Under the pieces are notes generated by a model. The model did no database searches and was not told where the DNA came from. It worked only from the letters and a program-made list of their open reading frames with translations. Source: Bdellovibrionales bacterium (GTDB lineage Bacteria; Bdellovibrionota; Bdellovibrionia; Bdellovibrionales; JAUICD01). Taken from it: 64,000 nt of DNA. Positions within the stretch are counted from its first letter, which is position 1. The number at the start of each line of letters is the position of its first letter. A program made the translations under genes and the position numbers. This document shows, in pieces, positions 22,983-33,637 of the stretch. The stretch is taken from NCBI GenBank assembly GCA_965262715.1, contig OZ253553.1:2080001-2144000 (forward strand), written 5' to 3'.

Positions 22983-25900
22983 ATGAACCGTTTAATTGAG
23001 TTTTTTACTCGGCAAGGCTTATTTTCAGTTCTTATACTGATTTACACCATGTTTATGGGTGTTTATGTGATCTTTTTGATCCAAAAAGAAGCTTTCCCTA
23101 ATATTCAAAGAGATATGTTAGCGATAGAAACCATCTTTCCAGGTGCTTCTCCTACAGAAACTGAAAAGCTCCTAACCAACCCTATAGAACAAGCTCTCAA
23201 TGAAGTGATTGGAATTAAAAAGCTAACATCAACTTCTATCGAAGGCCGCAGCTATATTGTTGTTGAAATAGACCCTGATCAAACCACAGCTTTTGAGGCA
23301 AAACAAGATGTGAAAGAGGCTATTGATCGTATAGAACGCTTTCCTGAAAGAGCAGAAGAACCAATTGTGACATCTATAGAAACAAGACATCGCCCAGTCA
23401 TTAAGCTCGTTATTAGTACAAACGATGAAACAGTTTCAGAAATTGATTTACGTAACACAGCTCGATTTGTCCAAAAAGAAATTGAGAGGCTTAACGGTGT
23501 AGCCTCCATCGATGCTTATGGTATAGGCGACTTAGAAATACATGTTGAAGCTATCCCAAAAAAACTCTCCTTATATCAACTCACTTTAACAGATCTCACA
23601 AGAGCTATTGCTTCTCAAAATCAAGATATCCCCGGTGGGGTGATTGAACAAGATACATTAGATGGAAAACGAGAAATTCTTGTTCGCACAGTCAGCAACT
23701 ATGAAGATGTTAAAGATATTGAAAATACAGTTGTAAGATCTAATGACCTTGTCAATGCCATACATATCAAAGATGTAGCTAAGGTATCTTATGGACTAGA
23801 AAAACCTCTAACTTTATTTAGAGGAAATGGTAAAAACTCTATCTATTTGACCATCAAGAAAAAAGAAACAAGTGATTCTATTCGCCTCGTTGATCAAATT
23901 AAAGCAAAAACAGAAGATTTAAAAGCGCAACTTTCTGATGATATTGAATTCACCTTTGTTGACGATCTATCATATTTTATTCGCAGACGATTAAATGTAC
24001 TGATCAATAACTTATCTATTGGTCTTGCTCTTGTTTTAATTATTCTTAGCTTTTTCTTTCCTTTAAAAATTGCTCTTTTAACAGCTATTGGAATACCGTT
24101 TTCCTTTTTAGGGACTTTGATCTTTTTCCATGTAACAGGGGTAAGTTTAAACCTATTGACGATGATGGGTTTGATTATTGTACTGGGTATGCTTGTCGAT
24201 GATGCTATTGTCGTGATTGAAAATACCATGAGATATATTGAAAAAGGCTATAACTCTACTGAAGCTGCGATCAAAGCAACTTGTCAGATATGGCAACCAG
24301 TTACTGCAGCTGTTGCCACAACCATTGTGGTGTTTTTACCACTGATGTTCATGTCAGGTACTATTGGTAAATTCATCGCTATATTACCACTTGGGGTTTT
24401 GTCAGGATTGGTATTAAGTCTTTTTGAATGCTTTTTTATCCTTCCACATCACATCAGTTTTTTAACCAGGCGTTATTCTTCACAATTTAATACAAAATCA
24501 TCTTCAAATAACCCTCAAAAAACAAAGCCTCCTAGAAAAAAGCTTTATCAAAAAGTAGACTACATCTGGAAAAATGTGTGTTTAAAACTTTATGAAAGGT
24601 TTTTAAGTTTCACTTTAAAACCTTTCTGCCGCCACTTTATTGCGCTTGCTTCCATCGGTCTTCTTATTGGCACTTACTTTTTATATGAGAAAAAAATGAA
24701 CTTTGTGCTCTTCCCCTCATCAGGAGTTGAAGCTTTTATGATTAAAATACAAGCACCTGTTGGAACTCCCTTAGAAGAAACGGTTAAGCTGATGAGGCCT
24801 ATTGAAGAAATTGTAGCCACTTTAAGTGACGGAGAACTTAAAGATTACATCACTAAAGGCGGAATACATCAAGCTAGTGCTAGTGACCCTGACTTTAAAA
24901 GGGGCAGTCACTTAGGACTTGTTTTTGTATATTTAACATCCACAACAGAAAGAGTAAAAACTGCTGATCAGGTCATTGAAGAATTAAGAGAAAAAATAGG
25001 CAAACCTCCAGGTATAGAAAATATCAGTTTTGAAAAAATACGTTCTGGCCCTAGCTCTGGACCTGCTATTGCCGTAGGAGTGAGAGCAACTGAATATGAT
25101 GAAATTATACCTGCTGCAGAAGACCTGCAACAGTTTCTATCTAAAATTGACGGAGTTTCTGATATAAGAAACACTCATGATAAAGGTAAAGAAGAGCTAC
25201 ATGTTAAAATTTTACAAGAAGAAGCTTTAGCTGCCAACTTATCAACAGAAGATATTGGAATGTCTGTTCGAGCTGCTTTTGAAGGCATTGAAGCAACTTA
25301 TATTCAAAAATTAGATGAAGAAGTTGCTGTGCGTGTAACTTGGCCACAGCAATTTAAAAACTCTAAAAAATCTGTACAAACATTACAAATTCCTAACAAA
25401 ATGGGGAACCTTATACCTATCACATCCGTAGTAGATTTTGATACTTATCAAGGTATTTCTACTTTCAAACATGAAGCTAATGAACGTCAAATAGAAGTAC
25501 GAGGAGATGTAAACACAAATATCATAACATCTGTAAAAGTTAATGAGCAGATTAGGCAAGCTCTTCCTGATATCCGCAAAAAACACCCTACTGTGAATTT
25601 TTCCTTTGGAGGAGAAGATCAAGATACAAAAGAGAGTATGGCATCTTTACGAAGGGCTTTTATTGTTGCTCTTTTATGTATATTTATGATTTTAGTACTC
25701 ACATTCCAAAGCTTATCTCAAGCACTACTCGTTCTTTTTATCACTGTACCTCTAGGTTTTACTTCTGTGATTTGGACATTCTTCTTTCACGATAAACCTA
25801 TTTCTTTCATGGCATGTTTAGGTATTGTTGCTCTTTCAGGTGTAATTGTTAATAATTCTATTGTATTCACATCTTTTATGAATGAAGCAAGGTCTGAAGG

Positions 25901-26267
25901 TATTGAGAAAATACAAAGTATTTTAAAAGCAGGAAAAACTCGTTTGCGACCTATTTTCTTAACTACTGTCACTACTGTAGCAGGTATTTTGCCCACAGCT
26001 TATGGTCTAGGTGGATTAGATCCATTTGTTGTTCCAATTGCATTAGCACTGGGGTGGGGGATGTTTTTTGGTTCCTTTTTGACTACAATTTTATTTCCTT
26101 CTTGGTTAGCTGTTTTAGATGATATCACTTATTTATTTGTTTTTATTTACAGAAGCCTATTTCATCCTAGACCTATACAAACGCCTAAAACAGCAGAAGC
26201 TTTTAAGCGTAACATTGGTGCACAACCTTTAACAAAAATAAGAACTACTAGACCTTTAAAAGGATAA
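22983..26267 (+). CDS. RND efflux permease (AcrB/AcrD/AcrF family)
   Basis: 1094 aa; GMLVDDAIVVIEN, GVIVNNSIV, RLRPIFLTTVTT. Confidence 0.95.
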   Translation: MNRLIEFFTRQGLFSVLILIYTMFMGVYVIFLIQKEAFPNIQRDMLAIETIFPGASPTETEKLLTNPIEQALNEVIGIKKLTSTSIEGRSYIVVEIDPDQTTAFEAKQDVKEAIDRIERFPERAEEPIVTSIETRHRPVIKLVISTNDETVSEIDLRNTARFVQKEIERLNGVASIDAYGIGDLEIHVEAIPKKLSLYQLTLTDLTRAIASQNQDIPGGVIEQDTLDGKREILVRTVSNYEDVKDIENTVVRSNDLVNAIHIKDVAKVSYGLEKPLTLFRGNGKNSIYLTIKKKETSDSIRLVDQIKAKTEDLKAQLSDDIEFTFVDDLSYFIRRRLNVLINNLSIGLALVLIILSFFFPLKIALLTAIGIPFSFLGTLIFFHVTGVSLNLLTMMGLIIVLGMLVDDAIVVIENTMRYIEKGYNSTEAAIKATCQIWQPVTAAVATTIVVFLPLMFMSGTIGKFIAILPLGVLSGLVLSLFECFFILPHHISFLTRRYSSQFNTKSSSNNPQKTKPPRKKLYQKVDYIWKNVCLKLYERFLSFTLKPFCRHFIALASIGLLIGTYFLYEKKMNFVLFPSSGVEAFMIKIQAPVGTPLEETVKLMRPIEEIVATLSDGELKDYITKGGIHQASASDPDFKRGSHLGLVFVYLTSTTERVKTADQVIEELREKIGKPPGIENISFEKIRSGPSSGPAIAVGVRATEYDEIIPAAEDLQQFLSKIDGVSDIRNTHDKGKEELHVKILQEEALAANLSTEDIGMSVRAAFEGIEATYIQKLDEEVAVRVTWPQQFKNSKKSVQTLQIPNKMGNLIPITSVVDFDTYQGISTFKHEANERQIEVRGDVNTNIITSVKVNEQIRQALPDIRKKHPTVNFSFGGEDQDTKESMASLRRAFIVALLCIFMILVLTFQSLSQALLVLFITVPLGFTSVIWTFFFHDKPISFMACLGIVALSGVIVNNSIVFTSFMNEARSEGIEKIQSILKAGKTRLRPIFLTTVTTVAGILPTAYGLGGLDPFVVPIALALGWGMFFGSFLTTILFPSWLAVLDDITYLFVFIYRSLFHPRPIQTPKTAEAFKRNIGAQPLTKIRTTRPLKG

Positions 26268-26310
26268 AAAGAAATCCGATAAGAAAGTTAAGAGTCTATG
26301 GAGTTCAATT

Positions 26311-27759
26311 ATGTCTTTATCTTTATCAAGATATTTTATTTATTTTTTTATGTTTCTTGTTTTATCTTATATTTCTTTATATGCAGAAGAAAAAAAAGTA
26401 GCTACAACAAAAACCACTTCTGCAACATTAAACTCATCTTTAACAACTACTTCTACTTCTACTTTTTCAACAACCACATCTACTTTTCAAAAGCCTCCTC
26501 CTAAAAACGAAGTAACATCTCAAAATACAACAACTACATCTCAAAACACAACAATCACATCACAACAACCAGAAGCTCCTTTATCTCGACAAGAAAAGAA
26601 TAAAATACATATTCAAAAAAAGATTGATAAATTACATCAAAGATTAGAAAGAAACCCAAATAATTTTAATCTACATTTTTTGCTTGGAAAATATTATTAT
26701 TTACTAGATGATTTTGATAAAGCTATTTTTCATCTCAAAAAAAATAATAAAAAGCCATCAATTAAAGCGTTAATACTTTTAGCTAAAGCTTTTTCTCAAA
26801 AAAAGGATTATCAAGAGGAGATAAGAGTTCTTAGTATTTTGTTAGAAATGCATCCAAGTTCTCCAAAAGTTTATACAGATATTGCAACAGCTTATTATAA
26901 AAATGATAAGATTGAAGAAGCTATTAAGTACTATAAAGCAGCACTACAAAATGATAGGAGGCACAAGGGAGCTTATAAAGGCTTGTGGACAGTCTTTGAG
27001 TCTCAAGGCAATTTCTATGATATGAAACAAATATTAGAGGATTTTTTAGCCTTATCTCCAAATGATATTGAAGCACATTCTAAACTGTGCCAAGCAAATT
27101 TAAAATCAAGATATGCAGATGAATCTATACTCTCCTGCAATCGAGCCATAAAAGTCAATCCATCTTATCCCAACAATCATATTTACTTAGGATTAGCGCA
27201 TAAATGGAATGGAAATGAAAAACAGGCTGAAAAAATTATTTTTGATACAGCTAAAAAGTTTAGAAAATCTCTATTAGCACAATATGAAGCCGCACGACTT
27301 GCTGAAGAAAAAAACCGATGGGGCGATGCTCTCAGGTTTTATAGAAATTGTGTTAATATTGATAATAGGTCCTTTACATGTACTATGAAAATAGCGCATC
27401 TTGCAATTCGGTTGGAAAAATATGAAGAAGCCACTGAATCTTTTTTAGCTGCTTGCCGCATCAATAAATTTAAAACTTTTTCTGAAATCAGAGATACTGC
27501 TGGAGAACTTAGAAAAGAAAAAAAGATGAAATGGTATCATCATTTTAAAAAAATAGCTGAAAGATGTCATATCGTTGGGGATCGCAGGTTAGAAAAAACT
27601 CCCTACGAGCCATTGACAGATTTGATTATAGAAGAAGCTCTACCAGAGGAATTTGAAGAAACCATTGAAGAAGAAGAGGAAAAAAAGGATCCTTCAAAAA
27701 AATCTTTAAAATCTCCACCTAAGACGACCAAAAATAAAACTCAAGATATAAAAAATTGA
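26311..27759 (+). CDS. Exported tetratricopeptide-repeat protein
   Basis: Signal peptide, Thr-rich linker, multiple TPR-like helical repeats. Confidence 0.85.
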   Translation: MSLSLSRYFIYFFMFLVLSYISLYAEEKKVATTKTTSATLNSSLTTTSTSTFSTTTSTFQKPPPKNEVTSQNTTTTSQNTTITSQQPEAPLSRQEKNKIHIQKKIDKLHQRLERNPNNFNLHFLLGKYYYLLDDFDKAIFHLKKNNKKPSIKALILLAKAFSQKKDYQEEIRVLSILLEMHPSSPKVYTDIATAYYKNDKIEEAIKYYKAALQNDRRHKGAYKGLWTVFESQGNFYDMKQILEDFLALSPNDIEAHSKLCQANLKSRYADESILSCNRAIKVNPSYPNNHIYLGLAHKWNGNEKQAEKIIFDTAKKFRKSLLAQYEAARLAEEKNRWGDALRFYRNCVNIDNRSFTCTMKIAHLAIRLEKYEEATESFLAACRINKFKTFSEIRDTAGELRKEKKMKWYHHFKKIAERCHIVGDRRLEKTPYEPLTDLIIEEALPEEFEETIEEEEEKKDPSKKSLKSPPKTTKNKTQDIKN

Positions 27760-28061
27760 AGGTTCATAATCACTTAAGCATCTTGTTTCTCTGGAATCTG
27801 GCAGTCAGGCAATCCGGGAAGCTGCCTCCGGCAACAGCTATCCGCTTACCGGACTGTCTAACTCCCGGAAAAAAGCTTAAAACTCAATCTCTTTATTGAA
27901 GTATCTCTCAAGCTAAGATATTTTATTTATTAATTTATCTAAGTTACACCGTTGTTGAATACCTATTTCTGGCCTCCGAAAGACCAGAAACTTGGCAATC
28001 GCACAATCAGTATTCCACCAAATAAGTATCAGGAACAGTCCTTAAAATATATAAATAATCT

Positions 28062-29039
28062 TTATAAGGGATTTATCTCGAATTCTTCGAAGACATGAAA
28101 TCCAAAACCAGGGCCCTCTATACGTAAAAAATTTCCAATATAAGGAGTGATATTTCGTAGTACAGCGACTACCCTTCCATCATCATCAAACAACAACCTA
28201 ACGTAAATACGAGGCGTAGAAACAAACTTTAATAGATTTGGCTTAGGAGGTTCATTACTTTCTTTCATTCTAGACTCAAAGTTAATATCAGGAGAAAGTT
28301 TTACGATATCCCCCACTCGAACAACTACCCTTCCATTCGGTACAATATTCATTTCAAGTATAGATTTGCTATCATCTATTTCTATAACTGTTGCTGTAGC
28401 TAGAGAAGGACTATAACTTATACAAACACTTTCTTCCGCAGGAGGGTAAACATTAAAAACATCCCCTTCTTGAACATGATCAGACCGACCCAAAGGAATT
28501 AAAATTCTATCACCCTGCAAAACACTTATATGACTTATTGGCTGTCGTGGCCCAACAAATTCTTCCAAAAAATCTCTAAGCTTTCTATAACCATCTCTTA
28601 CTGACTCTTTAACAGCATCTGTAATAGCTACAGAAGGATGCTCTTTATAATCTATAGGATCATTTACTTCAAGATTTATCTGAAAGTTTGATTCACCAAC
28701 ACCTATAACTCTAAATGTTCCTGACCTTCCAGGTAGTTGTATAGTAAATAATAGCTCTACTCTTATAGTTTCAATATTTGACTGAGCTCCATCAAGAGAC
28801 ATTAATCTATCACCAGTCAAATTAATAATGAGCCCCTGTTCATCAATTTGATCAATAGGCTCAGGACGTACTCTTATAACATCATAAGAACATACTTTTC
28901 TATCTGTTAATAATCCTAAACTCTGAACAGCTGATAGATTTAGAACATCATCAGAAGTAGTCTCTTGAGCTACACTATTTGAACTTACAGTGAATAATAA
29001 AAGATATATCATAAAAAATGTTTTTAAATAATAGCTCAT
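28062..29039 (-). CDS. Exported protein, tandem paralogue 1 (FlgT C-terminal-like domain)
   Basis: Signal peptide; IPLGRSDHVQEGDVFNVY...LATATVIEIDD..SIL...VRVGDIV shared by all four paralogues. Confidence 0.7.
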   Translation of the reverse strand: MSYYLKTFFMIYLLLFTVSSNSVAQETTSDDVLNLSAVQSLGLLTDRKVCSYDVIRVRPEPIDQIDEQGLIINLTGDRLMSLDGAQSNIETIRVELLFTIQLPGRSGTFRVIGVGESNFQINLEVNDPIDYKEHPSVAITDAVKESVRDGYRKLRDFLEEFVGPRQPISHISVLQGDRILIPLGRSDHVQEGDVFNVYPPAEESVCISYSPSLATATVIEIDDSKSILEMNIVPNGRVVVRVGDIVKLSPDINFESRMKESNEPPKPNLLKFVSTPRIYVRLLFDDDGRVVAVLRNITPYIGNFLRIEGPGFGFHVFEEFEINPL

Positions 29040-29231
29040 TTTCTCTCCTTGATTTGCGTATTTTAAGAAATGGATATTTATTATTCTATTGATTCCTTTA
29101 ACTGGAAATCAACCAAAATACTTTAAGATTGATCAATAATAAACTTAAGCCTTTTAGACTAAATAACAATAAATTGCTGTTTTTACATAAAGTGAACAGG
29201 CAAATATCTAGTACTACATTAGTAAGTTAAT

Positions 29232-29491
29232 TAAAGCAGTCTGAAAAAATAAGTTTTATGTTTTGTGATATTGAGATATAGAGTTATGGAAGGTTTGGAA
29301 TAGACGTGAGGCCAGTGCCTCAAGAGACAAGATTTTTATAAAATATTTATCCTATAATAGGTTCTTAAAATAACAGAAATATAAGGCACTTCGGGGTGCC
29401 TGCTGCCTATGGAAGATGCCTGCCATAACTCTGAATCATTACATTAAGGTAAGTTCAAATAATAGACTCAGCATTTTTGAGATAAACTTCA
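29232..29491. mobile_element. E-type MITE (TIR ~TAGAAGCRGTCTCAAAAAT) containing a family-D core (29280-29432)
   Basis: Degenerate ends taaagcagtctgaaaaaat / atttttgagataaacttca; the right part matches 35235-35303. Other E ends at 21012, 59291, 59363 and 60911. Confidence 0.6.
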
Positions 29492-29528
29492 AGATAACCA
29501 GATCATAATAATAAAGATTTTTTGGACA

Positions 29529-30416
29529 TCATTGTACGTTAGTAACTACTTGAAAACCAAAATTAGGAGCCTCATTTAAAGAACCATCAATAAAACGAGT
29601 GATTTTTGTCCAAATTTTTCTATTACCTGTATCCCTAACAACATAAATACGAGGTATATTGAATTGCAATACACTTCTCGTTCCGAAACCAGTATTTGTC
29701 TGCAGTCTTGATGCAAAATCTATTGCAGGAGAAAGTCTTACAATATCTCCAACCTGAACAGATCTGCCTCCATCGGGTATAATATTCATTTCAAGTATAG
29801 ATTCGTTATCGTCTATTTCTACAACTCTTGCTATGGCTAGCGCTGAAAGAGGACTATAACTAACATCACTACAAGTGTTGTAATAATCATCTCTAGGGTA
29901 AATATGAAAAACATCACCCTCCTGAATATGATCAGAGCGACCCAAAGGAACTAGGACTCTATCACCTCGCACAACATTTACCTCACTCCTCGGTTGTCGC
30001 GGCTCAAACCTCAAAGTATCTCTAAGCCTTACATAACCATCTCTTACCGCCTCTTGAACTATATCTGATATATCTCTGCTGACAAAGTTTCTAGATTCAC
30101 CAAGACCTATAATATCAAGTGTTACTGAACTTCCAGGCCGTCGCACACTAAATACTAACTCTAATCTTTCTAATCCTATACGGTTTTCTGGAATATCTAT
30201 TAGATATCCTTCAGGACCATCGTCAGAGTCAAATATATTACGAATTTGGTGATCAAAAGGACGTACATCTACAATAAGATCAAAACACACATCACTATCA
30301 CCAGTATTCAATGCTGATATAGTCTCACTAGAATTTGTATCCTGAGCTAAGCTATCCGAAACAAAAGTGATTAATAAAAAATACATCATAAAAAAGGTTT
30401 TTAGATAATGGCTCAT
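29529..30416 (-). CDS. Exported protein, tandem paralogue 2
   Basis: Start moved to MSHYLK (ATG 30416, matching the paralogues, SD ggggg); same C-terminal motif. Confidence 0.7.
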   Translation of the reverse strand: MSHYLKTFFMMYFLLITFVSDSLAQDTNSSETISALNTGDSDVCFDLIVDVRPFDHQIRNIFDSDDGPEGYLIDIPENRIGLERLELVFSVRRPGSSVTLDIIGLGESRNFVSRDISDIVQEAVRDGYVRLRDTLRFEPRQPRSEVNVVRGDRVLVPLGRSDHIQEGDVFHIYPRDDYYNTCSDVSYSPLSALAIARVVEIDDNESILEMNIIPDGGRSVQVGDIVRLSPAIDFASRLQTNTGFGTRSVLQFNIPRIYVVRDTGNRKIWTKITRFIDGSLNEAPNFGFQVVTNVQ

Positions 30417-30435
30417 TGTTCCCCCTTGATCTGCA

Positions 30436-30482
30436 CGTAATTTCAAATCGCAAGTGCAACACTTTTGTGTTTATAGATATTT
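30436..30482. mobile_element. Orphan IS30 terminal sequence
   Basis: 44/47 identical to the reverse complement of 34929-34975. Confidence 0.85.
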
Positions 30483-30760
30483 ATTATTTTATTGATGTCT
30501 TTAACTGAAAGGCAACAAAAATATCTCAATCTTGATCAATAATAACCCTAAGCCTTCTAGATGCAACCAAATACAGATACCGGATATTTTGATTCCGAAC
30601 GCAGTTTGCCAGAGTGCCGGTTTGAGCTGGACCTTCAATTTGTTCCTTGGCTTATTCCACTAAAATGCATCTCGCCTCTCGTGGTGAGCCTCTGCCCATT
30701 CTTATTATTAGCTTTTATCATTACTTATTTCTTTTGAATCTATATATAATGCTTGCGAAT

Positions 30761-30992
30761 GGCCTTGTTGCACAAGCAGCAAGCTTAATGTGCTAAGAGA
30801 TTTGTAACAGGCTTCTGAAGTAAGCTGTGGCGAGCCACCTCAGGCCAGAGCATTATGAGGTAAATATTCTAAAAGAATTTTTATTCTATAATGATCTGTA
30901 ACCATAACAGAAGTTCATTGCTCGGAGGCCCTCTGCTGCTTATCGAAGAAGCCTGTTACAAATCTCATCCTAAATCTTTATGCAACAAAACC
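30761..30992. mobile_element. IS903-group MITE with 9-bp target duplication, containing a family-D core (30797-30966)
   Basis: TIRs ggccttgttgcacaa / ttatgcaacaaaacc; perfect flanking direct repeat cttgcgaat (30752-30760, 30993-31001). Confidence 0.9.
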
Positions 30993-31109
30993 CTTGCGAA
31001 TTGAAAAATCGAACTCGAATGGTCATGCCGGATCCTGGAATAAAGAGAATTTAAGTTGTCATAAACTTATTCTTATATATTGAAAAACCACTAAGCAAGT
31101 AAGCGTCTG

Positions 31110-32141
31110 CTATTCTTCTTTAATAATGGCCCGAAAACCAAACTCAGAAGCCTCTGTAAGTAAAAAATGTTTGATATAAGCAGTGACATTTATCCAAACT
31201 CTTCTATCATTAAAAGCATAAATATTAGGTACATCAAATTGCAATACCCTTCTTGTTCTGAAATCAGTATTTGCTTGAAGCCTTGATGCAAAATCTATTT
31301 CATGAGAAAGCTCTACAACATCTCCCACCTGAACAGATCTACTTCCACCTAATGCAACATTTATTGCAAGTATAGAACTCGTATCATTCATCCTTACAGC
31401 TGTTGCTCTTGCTAAAGTCAGACTTCTAACATCACTACTACAAGCATTGTAATCTCCTCTAGAGTAAACATAAAAAACATCAGCCTCCTGAATATGATCA
31501 GATCGACCCACAGGAACTAAAATTCTATCACCTTGTATAGCACTTACATGACTTACTGGCCGCCGCGGCCTGAAGTCATCTCCTAAAGGCTCTTCTAAAA
31601 TATTTCTAAGCTTGTTATAACCATCTCTTACCACCTCTTGAACTACATATGATGTAATTCTTCCAGAAGGGTATTCAGCAAACCTAAATCCAAATCGAAC
31701 ATTTGAATTGTCAAATAAAGCTCCAAGATCTGCTTGAAGATTTCTAGTGGCATACGGCAAATGAACTTCATATTCCATGGGCACTGATCGAATATAACCT
31801 CTTAGGTTTTCTGTCACCTCTACTCGTCTTACCTTACCAATACCTATAGCTTGACGTACTCTTTCTGGACTTTCAGGTCGTCGCACACCAAACAATAACT
31901 CCAATCTTGTAATATCACCTCCTGGAATATCTATTTGATATCCTTCAACAAGGTCCCATAGGTTGCGAATTTGATGATCGAGAGGACGTACATCTGCAAT
32001 CAAATCAAAACATACATCACTATCACCAGAATTTACTAAAGATACTAAACCTCGCTCATCAAAAGTGGTCTCTTGAGCTACAGAAATAAAAGTGAATAAT
32101 AAAAGATATATCATAAAAAATGGTTTTAAATAATGGCTCAT
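31110..32141 (-). CDS. Exported protein, tandem paralogue 3
   Basis: MSHYLK signal; GDSDVCFDLI.DVRP.DHQIRN shared with paralogue 2; VPVGRSDHIQEADVF motif. Confidence 0.7.
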   Translation of the reverse strand: MSHYLKPFFMIYLLLFTFISVAQETTFDERGLVSLVNSGDSDVCFDLIADVRPLDHQIRNLWDLVEGYQIDIPGGDITRLELLFGVRRPESPERVRQAIGIGKVRRVEVTENLRGYIRSVPMEYEVHLPYATRNLQADLGALFDNSNVRFGFRFAEYPSGRITSYVVQEVVRDGYNKLRNILEEPLGDDFRPRRPVSHVSAIQGDRILVPVGRSDHIQEADVFYVYSRGDYNACSSDVRSLTLARATAVRMNDTSSILAINVALGGSRSVQVGDVVELSHEIDFASRLQANTDFRTRRVLQFDVPNIYAFNDRRVWINVTAYIKHFLLTEASEFGFRAIIKEE

Positions 32142-32418
32142 TTTTTCTCCTTGATATGCATATTTGAAGAATATAGATATTTATTATTTTATTAATGTCT
32201 TTAACTGAAAATCAACTAAAATACTTCATTAATTGATAGACTAAAGTCTTCTAGACTAGATAATAATAAACTGCTGTTTTTATATAAATTGAATAGACAA
32301 ATGTCCAAACAGGTAACAGTATAATTTAATCTTCTCTGTCTTTTACTCAGATAACCAGATCAACAACAATAAAATTTTTTAGTGAACATCAAGAAGCAAA
32401 TGACTATAACCAACTATC

Positions 32419-33525
32419 CTATTCTTCAATAACTTGAAAACCATCAGCAGCCTCTGTAACTAAAAAATATCTAATGTAAGAAGTAATATCTTCTGTAAGA
32501 GTTCCATCTGAACTACGAAACTCAATAGAAGCACTAGATATAGATTCTAATTTCAGTATCCTTCTGGGTATTGTTCTTGATTCAAGATCAACAGAAAGTG
32601 TTACAATATCTCCAAATTGAACACCGCTATTTTCATTTATCTCAAGTATGGCATTGTTTTCATCTATTATTTCTACAACTGTAGCTGTAGTTAAAGGGGT
32701 AGACAATCTAGCTATACTACAACGATTGCGATAATTTCTTACTCTCGTTCCATAAATATTAAAAATATCGCCTTCTTGAATATAATGGGATCGACCTAAA
32801 GGAATTTGTATTTTATTATCCCACCACTCAATCACAGTACTTGTTATTAATTGCTGTTGTAAGAAGCCTTGCTGTCTTTTCCGTTCATATTCATTTCTTA
32901 GTTGTTCATAGCCATTTTTTACCGCTTCTTTCACCGCATCTGCAATAGCCACAAAGGAAGATATTTCAACTCCTCTAGACAGGTCATCATTATTTGACTC
33001 AGGATCAGTTATTATGCTTTCTCTACCTATCTGAAAACTTATAGAGGTACCAATACCTCTAACTGGATCAAGTGATGGTGTTGAATTGTTATACCTTTGT
33101 AAAAGAAATGATAGCTCCAATCTTGTCGCGTCTCCTCCTAATTCAAAGGCACCTCTCAAGCTATCATTATTAAAGGTTACACCTCGACCAGGAGTTTGAT
33201 CAAAGTCTTCAACGCGTATATTGAAAATATAATCAGGACATATATGACTAGCTTTCTCTACCATATCTACTTCTTCCATTAAAAGTTTTAAAATATCACC
33301 CCTGCCACTATACGCTGCTGACATAGCCGCACTCCTAACAAGTTCATCAGTTACACCTACTTCTGATTCTAACAGATAGATGACATGCTCTATGTCACCA
33401 TTTTGAACAGCTTGTAAAAAACTCTGATTTGAATCATCAGAAGCTATCTCTTGGGCCACACCCTTTGAAGCAACAATAAATAATAAAAGGAATATCACAG
33501 AAAGATTTTTAAGTAACAAGTTCAT
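32419..33525 (-). CDS. Exported protein, tandem paralogue 4 (extra ankyrin-like N-terminal segment)
   Basis: FLQAVQNGDIEHVIYLL...AAYSGRGDILKLLM precedes the shared domain with IPLGRSHYIQEGDIF. Confidence 0.65.
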   Translation of the reverse strand: MNLLLKNLSVIFLLLFIVASKGVAQEIASDDSNQSFLQAVQNGDIEHVIYLLESEVGVTDELVRSAAMSAAYSGRGDILKLLMEEVDMVEKASHICPDYIFNIRVEDFDQTPGRGVTFNNDSLRGAFELGGDATRLELSFLLQRYNNSTPSLDPVRGIGTSISFQIGRESIITDPESNNDDLSRGVEISSFVAIADAVKEAVKNGYEQLRNEYERKRQQGFLQQQLITSTVIEWWDNKIQIPLGRSHYIQEGDIFNIYGTRVRNYRNRCSIARLSTPLTTATVVEIIDENNAILEINENSGVQFGDIVTLSVDLESRTIPRRILKLESISSASIEFRSSDGTLTEDITSYIRYFLVTEAADGFQVIEE

Positions 33526-33637
33526 TTTTCCTCCTTTTATGAGATCTATTAGAGGTTAAGGATATAATAATGTAAAAAACAATCAAAGCAAAGGATAGTA
33601 TATGTATCTAAAAAGCTATAAATTTTTAATATGTCTT

